This document shows, in pieces, positions 26,218-38,040 of a DNA stretch of 64,000 bases. This stretch comes from Lama guanicoe (Eukaryota): NCBI GenBank assembly GCA_013239625.1, contig MU054187.1, positions 13,672,974-13,736,973 on the forward strand, given 5' to 3'. Within the stretch, counting starts at the first letter, position 1, and every line of letters begins with the position of its first letter. Made by a program: the position numbers and the translations under genes. The notes under the pieces are model-generated. The model was not told where the DNA came from and ran no database searches. It saw only the letters and a list, made by a program, of their open reading frames with translations.

Positions 26218-26267
26218 TAAAAACGAATCTTAAGCAGTCTTTCTAGACGAAATGTTTTGTAAATTCC

Positions 26268-26760
26268 ACTCATTTAACAAATACCGAGTGCCTGACAAAA
26301 GTTGCAAAATAGTATCTGTTGGATGAATAGGTATCTCAAACGTGCTTGGCTTTGGGTTATAGGGGAAAAAATGCAAAGTGATATGGAATCCACCCTGGAG
26401 AAACATTTAAAGTGGTAAGGCTTGTACATAGAAAGCACATGTATTCTGTAGGGCGCGGAAGGTGATATGTCTTTAAAAAGATAGTTCTGACCACGTACTA
26501 CGTACGTACGACAAAAGGGAGGGGTCACGGAGGAGGCCAAGTTTGAAGCGGGCCTTGAAGTGCTGGAATGGTTTAGACCTAAGACTGGGAGAGGCGCATC
26601 CCAGGAGAGACTGGCGTGCAGTGCACAGAAATCAGCAGACACTGTTTAGTAGGGAATGTGGACGCTAGGAAACGTTCATGAACAGAGAAGTGTTATGTCA
26701 GGGTGCAGTCGGGGAAGAGTAACCTGCAGGAAGTACTTATACGACACTGGAAAGGCTGGA
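26268..26760 (-). mobile_element. LINE-2 3' remnant
   Basis: Begins ACTCATTTAACAAATACCGAGTGCCT, the antisense L2 tail, followed by typical L2 blocks. Confidence 0.5.
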
Positions 26761-27499
26761 GGCGAGGCGCAAGAATGGATATTCTGCAGGTCCCTCGAAA
26801 TGTGGAGCTGAGTCTTGAAAACTGGTCAGGAGTTGGCGATAAAGGTTTGGGGATCTGGGAGTCCTTTTCCTTCCCCTAGTGTACTTGAGAAGTACTTGAG
26901 ACGCCCGGAGGACAGCAGAGGACCAGCACAGGTCTTGGGCGGAGGGCGATGGCGTCTGAAGGACCAACGTTTATACTAAGCATCCGGCCCAACATCTAGC
27001 ACCTCGGAAAAAACCACTTAGCACAAGGTGAGGTCCGCGGAGAGGTGGGAAGTCAAAGTGTAGAGAATCCTAGATAGTAGCGCATCCCAGTGTACGTCAG
27101 GGCTAAAACAGAAGAAAGAATTAAATGAGATATTTTAAATTGAGTGTATTTAGACCTTCTTCCATAGCTGTATTTCCCGACCTAAAGAAACTCAGAAAGG
27201 AGTTCCAGCTTTAAAAATATTGTCATGGCCTACATTCTTTTTAAAAGGGGTTTCAAGCTACGATGGTTTCCTGAAAGCCGGTAACTATGCCGGCTGTCTC
27301 TACCTCGTTCTTGTTAAGGAGCACATAGGTCAGGAACCCGGAGAGCCCAATGATGTTATTATTCAAGTTTATCCTGTCTTTACCTTGACTTGAAGGTGGA
27401 GAAAGGTCTGGGTGTCCATCTGGTGGCCTCGCCAAGGAGGAACTTGGCTCGGTTCTCTGGATGGCAGGGAAAGCGGGCAAAAGAAAGCAAGCCAGAGTA

Positions 27500-28960
27500 T
27501 CAATAGCGCCCCCGTGGGAAGCAAGAGTTAAGGCTGTTACCGACCCGGCTTTTCTCTCAAACCCAGGAAAGCGGGGTTACTGGGGCTGACGGCGGCCCTC
27601 GAGCGGAGCTGGAGGTGGGAGGAGGAAAGTCAGGTCCTATCTGCGCCCCTAGTTATCCCTGCACTCCTTCCCCGGGAGAAAACTCTAGGCCCCATCACTC
27701 AGGAGCGGTCTCTCGCTCTGGTTGCCCGGGTAGAGCAGCTGGCCGGGGTCAGGGGCACGTAGGGGCGAGCTGGGAGAGCCCAGCAGCTGGGAGCAGAAGG
27801 GCCCAGGGAATCCCGCGAAGCCGCCCGAGCGCATCCCGGCGGGGCGGCCCGGGCTTTCCCCGCCGCCGTGTGCGCGGCGCCCACGGGGCTGCGACCCTCC
27901 CTCTCCGCAGAGCGGGAGCCGCGGAGGGAAGCAGGTGGGTGTGGAGCCAGGCCCGGGCCGCGGGGAGCAGCGGGCGCCCGGGAGGAGTGGGAGGCGCCCG
28001 GCGAGGTGTGGGCGGTGCCCTCCCGCCCGCGCCCCGGCCGCGCCCTGGGCACCGGGGCGCTGTCCCCGCTCGAGCGCACAGCTCCCGCGCCGCGAGGCCG
28101 AGCCCGGGCGTCCCTGGCGGTGCCCGGCCGGCCGCGCAGCCCCGCCGCCCACCTCGAGAACCGCGAGCGCCCAGGAAGAGGAGGCAGCGGCGGCGGCGGC
28201 GTTCGCTCCAGCCCGCGGGTGCGCGGAGCGCGGGAGGAGGCGGAGCGCGAGGTGGGGTGGCCGCGGGCGGGTGTGCGCGCCGGAGCCGGCGCCCCCGAGC
28301 GCCCCGCCTCGCCTCCCGCGCCCAGCCTCTGCCCGGCTCCGCCACAGACACACACCCACCAAGCACCCACCGCCCTCCGCCCCCACCGGCCGCCGCCGCC
28401 GCCGCGCCGCGGGCCGCCCGACCGAGCGGCAACTCCCCGGCTGGCGCGGCTCGCCTTCTCGGCTCCTTCCGCACGGCGAGCTCAGCCCCGCTCGATTTTT
28501 CCTTTTCTATCCCAGCCCTCTCCGGTCTGGGCGGCGGCGGCGGCGGCAGGGGGATGGGGGCCAGCGAGGGGAAGGGGGTGAAGATCGATGAAGATTATTG
28601 TTCTTTTTAAGGATGCCTTAGCTTCCTCCCGCCGCCTCTCTTTTGAGCCTTTCTACTAGAGACCGTGAACCAGAGTCAGGGATGTGAAGAGAGGGGAGGG
28701 GGGAAACGCCAGGAGCTCCAGCCAGCCGGGGAGACCCTCCTCTCCGTGGAGGGGAGGGGGATTTCCAGCGACAGATCATTGGCGAAGGGGACCGTCGTGG
28801 GGAGAGGAGCCCCGGAGGGAGCGGGGAATCCCACAGCCCTTTGTGGCGCCCGAGCCCGTGCTGCCTGCTGAGCGGGGTCGGTGGGAGCTAGGTAAGTGGC
28901 GGGGGCATTGCTGCTCCCCGAAGGGGTCTTCCTTTAAGAATGCATCATCGCGGGCAGCCT
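27500..28960. promoter_or_regulatory. KCNB2: CpG island, TATA-less promoter of KCNB2
   Basis: Abrupt ~1.4-kb very GC- and CpG-rich segment in otherwise AT-rich, CpG-poor DNA. Several GC boxes (GGGCGG/CCGCCC). It is the only such island upstream of the coding exon. Confidence 0.9.
28330..28891 (+). other. KCNB2: Putative non-coding exon 1 of KCNB2 (TSS not determinable, so the start is approximate; the 3' end is defined by the donor)
   Basis: Consensus donor GAGCTAG|GTAAGT at 28891/28892 at the 3' edge of the island. Consistent with my recollection that KCNB2 has a non-coding first exon. Confidence 0.65.
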
Positions 28961-31900
28961 AGCCAGACTTGAGTTGCTAAAGGAATTGGAAACTGCCATA
29001 TGGCACTGAGTGGGCTTATAGACAAAGCTGACTTAACCCTGAGAGGGTTATTAATGTAAGGCTCCGTCCCCGTGGGGAAGGCGCCCAAGTGTCAGCCCCC
29101 CGAAAATCTTCCAAGCAGTCTGCCTGGAAAGGGATGGGAAATGTTATTTCTAGGAGATGAGCTCGTGTTGCCTTCTGTTCATTTGTTGGTAAATGCCACA
29201 CTCACATGCACACACTTGTGGGACGGGATTTGGGGAGTGTGATGTCTCTGATATATGAACAGTCCTCAGAACACAGAGACGTGCATGCATTCTGCTCTCC
29301 AAGCGTGCACGGTCTCCGTTCTGTAGCACACGGTTCCTGAGAGAGAGAACGAACGAGTCTCTAAGGAAAGAGCTTCATGGCTGTTTCCAACGCACTCTGC
29401 TAGTGTCTTGGGAATACAGTTGCCCTGAATGGCACCAAATGACACTGACCATTTGCCTCATTGTTTGCTTCCAGGGCTTAAAGACCGCTTTCAAAATAGT
29501 ATGCTGCTTTCCATTTTCTAGAATTATGAGCGTTTTTGTGTATTCATTCATAAAAATTCTGTGTGCAGTATGCCCAGACATGCCATGTATACATCATTTA
29601 TGACTGCATAAGTGTTATAATAATAGGTTACACTGAAAATGTAGGATGCACAGATGTACACCGGGTTCATTTCATTGCAGGTTCAGCATTCCTTCTCATC
29701 AAGTTATGCAATAATGTCAGTATTTTAAATAGCATTTTACATCTCTGTTTTTGCATTGATGCGTTTTTGCATTTTGTTGGGAATCTGATTTTTTTAAAGC
29801 TCAACTCAAAGGAAAAGTAGAGATTTGTTTTTGTTTTTAACCGTGTAGTATTGTGTGGGACAGAGGTCTCTCGGTTTATTTACCAAAAAACCATCGATTG
29901 AAATATCACATTTCACAGGACCAGAGAGAGAGAGAAATTCCAGTCAAAAATCAGAAGTCCAACTTGTCAGTACTGAGTAACTTACTGGAAAGATTTTGAA
30001 AAAGATGATAACATTCAAAAAATTATGTAGTTATAAAGTTTTACTTTATTTCATTCTTTATGTGTGTGTGTTTACACGTGTGTATCAATAAATGTAAAGT
30101 TGTCCGAAGCTTACATGTAACAGATATAAGATCTATGGTCAGCTGGACTAGAGAGTTCTTGGTTCTTAAATTCATCACAGCTTAAACAGTTCAGTGATTT
30201 GGCACACTGCGCACGTGTCTGTGCTGCTGGAGATGGGGTTTTTAATGTAAGGCATAAATATGTGATTACTTGTGTGGCTACATAGACTTTCTGAGAATTT
30301 GGAGGGTCCATTGTATAAACAACGATTCTTCCAGGGAATGAAAAGTAACCTCATGTTCTAAAAGAGTTAACATGCCTCCACCAAGTAAATAGTACAATCC
30401 CCTCCCTCATGCTGTCAGGTTCAGACCAATTGTTTATCACAAATAGAATTGTGTCTGATGCACTCTCTTGCCTTGTCTGGCACGAATCAGACTCTTGGAG
30501 AAAGGAGTGAATCACTTGGCAGTTCTCTTTGCATTCTTCCTCCTTTTAACCTTCACCTTTCCCTCTCTGCGTTAGTGTTCCGCAACCTCCCTCATGCACA
30601 AATGCACACCCTGCTTCTAGAAAATAACTCTATTGCCTGCCATTTGGAGAATTCTAGTGTCTCTGTCTTTTCTCTTGCTCCTGTGTTTTTCTAAATAGAA
30701 TCAATCCAGGCATCTGTTGAAACTATTTCCAATCTCACTTGTCTCCAAATCCCAGAGTTCAGTTTTCCAGGCATATATGTTTGCTGAATATTCAGATGGG
30801 ATGGGTGAATATTACCTTAGCCAACGTCTCATCTGGCTTTTAAAGTTTCCTTGTTGACACTGTAGGGCAACTATGAACATGAACTCACCCTTCTAATCTC
30901 TAGTGTGGTAACAAAAGTGAGACCGCCAGAGAGATGAAATGACAAGATATGCTTTCAGTCATGTTCCTTGGCAACTTAAAAGCATATTTGTGCAGGTTTT
31001 TTGCTACCTGTCTGTGTATCTGTGCAAAATCTTATTTAAGCATTGAAAAAAATTTTTTTCTTGAATTTGTATCCAGCATTTTGCAATAGTATTCTAGAGA
31101 GACTGGTTCACATGTATGTGTGTGTGTTGTGAAAGTAAACCAAAGGACTGCTAAAATCTAGGAAATCTACAAGACATAGTTTATTCTGATCTAATGCATT
31201 TTTTCCTTGACAAATTGTAAGAAAGTAATTAGTTCCTTGAAATTTGCTATCCTTTAGAGACTGATTCCTAAGGAACATCCTTAGAGTTGATGGGACACCT
31301 CCTCGTGTACATTGTAAGTTAAACATATACGGTTAAGACTTTCTTTTTGCTTCAGAATGTAATATTACTTGAGGTTTGCATATATTTGTCAGGTGGATTT
31401 TACATAAAACTCGGAAACCTATTATTCTCATAAGCACTTCAGAGGATTGGAGAGTACACATGCACTACATACGGTATTTTTTAAGTCCAGAGTTTTTTTT
31501 TAAGGTAAAAGTTTATCACCTTGTTACTCCCAAAGTGATAAAATAAACTTTAAGGAGCAGCACAAACTTAAAATTTTTAATGCTTTACTACAAGTATCTT
31601 CGTACTCCAGATCGGTAGCCCATTCTTTTCATTGCTTATTTCCTCCTTCAGCTTCTTAGATACATATTCCCACCAACTCTTCACTGCAAGTCCAGGCTGT
31701 CTGGCAGAAAGTCAAGTGTGTGAGACTAGGGTCTCTGTGGCCTCTGTGAGCCAGACCCAACTGTATCACCTTTAAGGGAAAAGTGCCTGTTCCTGTAGGC
31801 TGAATTGCACCTGTCTATACTGTCTGGTTTAAGGCCATGTATTCACTCACTAACTCATTCATTAATTCATTCATTGCTCATTAAGCAAGTATTAGGAGAA

Positions 31901-32430
31901 GGGTACTTGATTAAAGTATAACCAACGTAAAAGAGATAGAAGACATAATCCCTGCCCCTCAAGGATTTTTTACAATATAGAGAGTAAAACTTGAATAACT
32001 AATAGGAGAATCATGTGTCTGCTTCAAAATCAGGGATTTCCTGCTAACAGAAATACATTCAACAGTTTCATACTTCATAAATTAAGGCAGATTGAGGAAG
32101 AGGATCATGAAAATTTGTCACAGTCTCTGCATTGGGGAATTACTAGAAAACAATAATAATAATAACTTATTAAAATTTTTAAATTTTAAATTAAATAAAG
32201 CATTATTAGTAATATTTACATTATTTTTGTTTATTTCTTATAAGTAACATTTACATTATTATTTTATTTGTGTAAGTAAAATAAATTTATTTTCATTATT
32301 ATTATGACAAACCATTGAGCCAACTACTTTTTACATGTTTTACAAATACTAAATGTTTTAATTCTCACAACCACCCTATGAGGAAGCTCTTACTAATACT
32401 CTTCACTAGATAGCTATAAAAGTTAAATTA

Positions 32431-32491
32431 CACTGGAATTTGACACAACATTGTAAAATGACTATAACTCAATAAAAAATGTTATTTTAAA
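32431..32491 (+). mobile_element. Extremely 5'-truncated L1 insertion with 13-bp TSD
   Basis: CACTGGAATTTGACACAACATTGTAAAATGACTATAACTCAATAAAAAA matches the 3' ends of the L1 copies at 46.5 and 50.3 kb. Flanked by AAAAGTTAAATTA at 32418-32430 and 32492-32504. Confidence 0.85.
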
Positions 32492-32814
32492 AAAAGTTAA
32501 ATTAAAGAGACTTTTCTTGTCTAAAGTCACAGAGGAAGTAAATGATACCATCAGACTTGAACCCAGGCATTCTGGCTCCAGTCAACTACTATGACATTAA
32601 GTATCAAGGAACTTGATCCCTGGCAGAATAAGAAAAGATGATTGTAGCTCCTAGATTTATTTGGAGTTATATCCCGCCATGAGAGGAGGCCGTAGTTGTT
32701 ATGACAGGGGATGCTTGGAAAAGGCCAAAAGTAGAGACTTTATTTTAAATAGGAGAAAACTCCAAAACTTTCATTATGAATTTGAAATTAGAAGGTAGTT
32801 TAGTTAGAGGCTAA

Positions 32815-33138
32815 TTTTTTGGAAGTACAGTCGATTTACAATGTTGTGTTAATTTCTCATATACAGCATAATGATTCAGTTATGAATATATATATATATT
32901 CCTTTTCATATTCTTTTTCATCATAGGCCATTACAAGGTATTGACTATAGTTCCCTGTGCTATACAGTAGGACCTTGTTGTTGATCTATTTTATATATAG
33001 TAGTGTGTATCTGCAAATCCTGAACTCCCAACATATCCCTCCCTGCCACCCCTTTCCCCTTTGATAACCATAAGTTTGTTTCCTAATGTCTGTGAGTCTA
33101 TGTCTGCTTTGTAAATAAGTTCATTTATGTCCTTGTTT
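32815..33138 (-). mobile_element. L1 3' UTR fragment, antisense
   Basis: Reverse complement of the 46.3-46.56 kb L1 3' UTR (TAGTTCCCTGTGCTATACAGTAGGACCTT, TTTACAATGTTGTG), with a poly-T start. Confidence 0.85.
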
Positions 33139-34534
33139 AAAAAAATGGTGATTGGGCTTTTATCGGAGTGCTAACGCATTAGGAAGTACTGGCCTTACAA
33201 TGACGGCAGAGACTGACGCAGGCCAAGACACGTGATCTGACTGGTCAGTTTCTAATTCTAGTTTATTTCATTTTCACTTTCAGTTCTTTTTTAATTACAA
33301 ATTATTTTGGATATAGTGTTATAAGTATTTTAATTTATTATGTTTAGGTTATATATCCATATAATAATAGAGAATGACTAGTTTTGCAATATAATTTTCT
33401 TTTACCCATGTCCTCACTTTTTCCTCTGCAAAATGTATCCCCAGTGTACTGATGGAAAATAGAATATAGTCACTTAACAGGTTTACTTTCTAGTATATTG
33501 TCTAGAGTGCCTTTTATTTTATGAAGTGACAACTGTAATAAAATCATGAAAACATAAGTCAAATCATAAATTAATGAGATCTTCATCAACAAAAGTTTAT
33601 GTAATATTTGAAGGAAAGTTCTTTATAAATATCCACGGCTTCTGTTTATGTGAAAAATACCATCTGGATTAAAGTTGGACGATAAAATGGCTAAATATTG
33701 GCCTGCAGGATGCCATACAATCAAATATTTAGATACAGCCTCATGATTGATTAACATTTTTATTTTTCTCACAAATATTAGGTCTCACAGGCCCAGTCAC
33801 ATTGTACGGACAACTCTCAACCTACAATTGGCTTGTAGCATAAAAGTCAGTTTTTAAAGTTTGTTTTTTTCGGAACTTGTCATTCATTTATAGAAACAGT
33901 ACTTGGAATGATGCTTCGATCTCTAGACCAATCCACAAATACCCTTTTAATCAATAGTATACCTGAAGTACAGTGCTGTTAGCACTGAAAACACAGCCAT
34001 TATGTATAGCAATATTACCAGGGAATAATTTGATTTAAATAGTATTTATTGACTGTTTCTTCTGTGTAGGGTTCTTTTAGGATACACAGGTGAACAGAGA
34101 ACTGCCTGGAACCACAAGGAGGAGAGGAAATTGAGAGAGTTTGTATGTAACTGATTTTGACATTAGGCAGAATGAAGAAAGCTTTATAATATTGGTATAG
34201 GCAAAATGTGGAACAATTGATTCAGACTTCAGTGGAGACAGCCAGGGACTGCGTACCTCCTCAGGATCCTCATTTGTTATTTCATCCTGAAGGTATCTAC
34301 TGAGCTTTCTCTCTGAGTCAAGTCCTAAGTTAGGTGCTGGGGACATAAATATGAATAAGACATCATACGTTCACAGCCTACACATGCAGATTCATAAATC
34401 ACAACAAAACGTGGTAAATTCTATTGGTGGAGCAGGATGGCAGTTCAACTGAGTAACCGCCTAACAGAAGCATCCCAAGAGTAAAAGAAATATGGTTTCT
34501 TTGAATTCCTAGATGTATTTAGCCACAATTCTCT

Positions 34535-35200
34535 ATTCAGTCAGACCCAGAGCCTTCTTTTAAAAAGCAGTATTTTGCAATGTCCCTTTTACTTTCCTGA
34601 AATGATGTTTACAGGTAATATAATCTGTCTATACGTATAATGTTTTAAAAATTGATATAAATTCTCCATCTGTAATAGAAACAAGAAATAAAAGGAAAGT
34701 AGCTTATGAAAATTGCAAGTATATCATTGTGTGTACACTCAGGTATAACTACACTAAAAATGTCATAAAGCATTCAGATGCCTGCTACTTAAAATGCAAA
34801 ATTTGGATTTAAGAGAAAGTATTCAAGTGAATATTGCTGACTCTTTGGTATACTTGGCATTTTGAAATAAGAGTGAAGTAAATATGTTCATAGAGTGTGA
34901 CAGTTACAGCTGCAAACAGATGTGGGTGTGCTGTATTTATTGATGAAGCAGTTAACATGAGCAGCATTACAATGGGTGATGTGACTTTCCAAAATGGTGA
35001 GCAAATCTTGGTGAAGTTCCAAATATGGTAGTTATATTCCTAGAACATTCCTATGAAAAACGATTTTACATATAACATGGTTAGAATGTGGTCACAGATG
35101 ATAATCAAGTCTTCATTTACATGTATGTCTGGTGAAAGTGTGAAAATAATGGAGGATGCAGAATTTCTACCCACATTGTAGGATTTCTTGAATTCCTGGG
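34535..35200. mobile_element. hAT-Charlie-like DNA transposon remnant
   Basis: Recalled similarity of TATTTTGCAATGTCCCTTTTACTTTCCTGAAATGA..GTAATATAA..AAATAAAAGGAAAGTA to Charlie-type elements. Confidence 0.35.
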
Positions 35201-36078
35201 TCTTGTCTTCCAAATACTAACAATTTTTGAAGACTTATTCAAAAAGATTGTATTAATCCCATTCAGCAACACTTATTATGGCTGTATTCTCCCACTGAAA
35301 GAAGCCAATCCAATTCTAATGCATAATTTTGAAAAAGCAGACTTCTCTGAGTTTTTAGTAAGAAGGTAAATTTAGAGGCTGACTAAATAAACGAAATAAA
35401 CAGCAGCAAAATTAAACCATGCAGATTTCTAAGCACTAGAAACAAACTAATAGTAGGCACAATATTTGAGACTGACTAATCTGATCATAGCTGTCGGAGT
35501 TTCACTTTCTACGCAGGCGTGTCAGACAAGACTTCAAAGTTGAAGTGACATCTAAGCTGATTTTTAAGAGATGAGTAAGTTCTCTGGGCTAAAAAGGAGG
35601 CAGATGGATAACATTCAAGGCAGAGGGAACAGCATTTGCAAAGCAGAGTCATACAAAGGGCTGGGCTGGTAATTGGGGCTCAACATTGGCAGTTGTAGGG
35701 AGGTGATGGCAGATGAGACTGGGGATTAAATGTGAAAGCCATGCAAAATCACTTGGTAGGACAAGCAGTGGGGGTCAATAGAGTAAATAGAGTAGTGTGG
35801 TTCAGTTTTATTGGGGGCCAGCTTCTGAGCTAGCACGAGGAAGATGGACTATAAGAGGAGAAGAGATTGATGCCTGGGAGACCAGCCAGGAGACTGTTGA
35901 GGAATGCAGGTGAAATAAGGTCCAGGAGTAGCTTAAAAAGGAATGGTGAAGAGTGGGAGGAGGCTTTGGAGACCCCACAGCAAACACTTGTAATCCAGGT
36001 GTCTCCAAATCATTCAACTCCCAACATAGGTCATAATAGCCAGCTTAAAGCCTCCCTCTTTCTTCTTCAAGGATCGTT

Positions 36079-38040
36079 GTATTAATTAAGGTAACTTGAG
36101 CTTCTGTAATAAACCTCCATATTGCAGTAATTAATAGAGTAGAAGTTTACCTCTGGCTCATATGAGAGTCCATTGTGTGTGTTCTATGCAGTGGTTTGGG
36201 GACCCAGATTCTTTCCATCTGAACTAGGGACTTGGAGTTCTCTGCGTCTGGTTGGCAAATGTGGAAGAGAATGAGCACAGAGAAGGCACATCCAAGAAGT
36301 GACACACCTTATTTCCATTTCACATTCTGTTGGTGTGATAATCACATGACTCCATCCATATACACAGAGGGGAATGTGTAACCCCTGGCTAGCAGCCACT
36401 CCCCAGCAACATTCTTTTATCATGGAAAGGGAGGCACAAATTTTGCTAAACAGTTATTTATATTATATTCTGCCTCTCTGGCTACATGCAGAAAAACCTC
36501 ACCCCCAGGAGACTACCTGACTCCTTGGTCACTGCATCCATTTTAAAGTCCAGGTTCTATGGGTAATAATACTAAATCCCTCCTCCCCAGATAAATTTGG
36601 ATATGGCCCCTCCTTGTCCAGATACCATTACACTTGAAAGGCAGGTTGTTGGCCTCCCATTATACATGATGGGCCAGGTATGGAATAACTGCGTTCAGAA
36701 TTCTCATTTAGAAAAGGAAAGAACGGGAGACATAGAGCAGTCATTGGCCGATAACACGAGAAATCGCACTATACATTGCTGAAGACCTGCTCTGGCAGCA
36801 GGGGAAATTCCTCTGTTAGACTCTGGTTTTGCTGTCTTGGAAGAACTCCATTGCTCATTGTTCTCTGTAGCCCTGGTCTCCTTCTGGAAGGTTCTTCCTT
36901 GTCCATTGCTTGCCATGGCTACATCCAGTGGGTGTTGGCACTTTGATCCTTCTTGGGAGTTATATTACTTTCTTGGCCCACATCTTGCTGGTACAAGTTG
37001 AGATGCCTTGAGGTTGTTTATAGTCACTGTTCTATAGTCACTAGAAATCAGGCTCCTAATTTCTTTGACAATGCATTTCCCTCAAGATCGTTACGGGTTT
37101 CTTATCTATTTGCTGTCAGTTGCACCACTAAACTACCATGAAAGTTCTTCCCTATTCATAGTTCTTGAACCTGCCTCATTTCTTTGCTCATGTCTCAACC
37201 ATCCGTGTCTCCAGTGTTTATTTTGGGGTCATCTGGAACAAGAGGCTTGGGTGGTTGGGTAACTTCATTAATTAGATCTTTGCTGCACGGCGGAGTCCTC
37301 TTGTGTAACTGGGAAGTCTAAATGGGCGTCTGTTACTCAGAGCCTTCTTCAGTGTCATTCCTCACCATTAGAGCCCCTGAAGCAGTGGTTCATTCCAGCT
37401 TTGTAGTCTTATATTTCTAGAGTTTGGCTATTTGCCCTTATTTCTGGTCTCAAACTAGCCAATTCTTTCATGAGCTCGTCCACTATCTTGTAACACCTTG
37501 ATGTAGGCAGTGAAGAGCCATCACATATTATTAGCATTCTGGCTCTTTCCAGCCATTTGTTCTAGAGCTGTAGATCTGCCCTCTGGTTAGCCGGTTTTGC
37601 CAGGGCATAACCGGGTTCCCGGTGTCTGGTCTTCACTGTTCCCTTGCCAGTGGCCAACACCACGTATTCAGATTTTGTTGAGGCAGCATGAACTTCAAGG
37701 TATCAATTTCAGAATAAGGTAGGATGATGCTAGCTGCTGTAATAAACTAAACTTAGTGGCTTACCATAATAAAGTCACCCACATAACAGTCAAATGGAGA
37801 GAGAGTGAGACCAAGCGCAAGCATTGAAAAGCCATCTAGTTCTTAAACCTCCTGACTCAGATGTGACACCAACAGCGCTCTGCTTATATTCCATTGATGG
37901 AAACTAATCACATGGTCCACAGAGATGCAGAGGGGCTGGGGAATGTCATCCCTGGCTTAACAAGAGCATCTCAGTGACAATTCTTGTTTACAAAAATGAA
38001 ACCTAAGTTTAAGTAGGGAATTAGCCATTCCCTGCTATAA
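36079..38040 (-). mobile_element. Ancient MaLR (MLT1-type) provirus: LTR ~36079-36475, internal ~36476-37710, LTR ~37711-38040
   Basis: Two homologous blocks in the same orientation (CTTCTGTAATAAAC / GCTGTAATAAAC; ACATTCTGTTGG..TAATCACATGA / ATATTCCATTGA..TAATCACATGG; GGGGAATGT..CCCTGGCT in both). A GGTATCAATTTC junction precedes the second. Confidence 0.6.

Noticed and set aside
27376..27390. Minus-strand donor-like CAAG|GTAAAG suggesting a divergent lncRNA exon
   Set aside because: A single short motif with no acceptor or transcript evidence available from the sequence.
27615..28610. Six overlapping long ORFs (218-331 aa) on both strands
   Set aside because: Ala/Gly/Pro/Arg-rich, low-complexity translations in all frames are what a stop-poor CpG island produces; no domain is recognisable.
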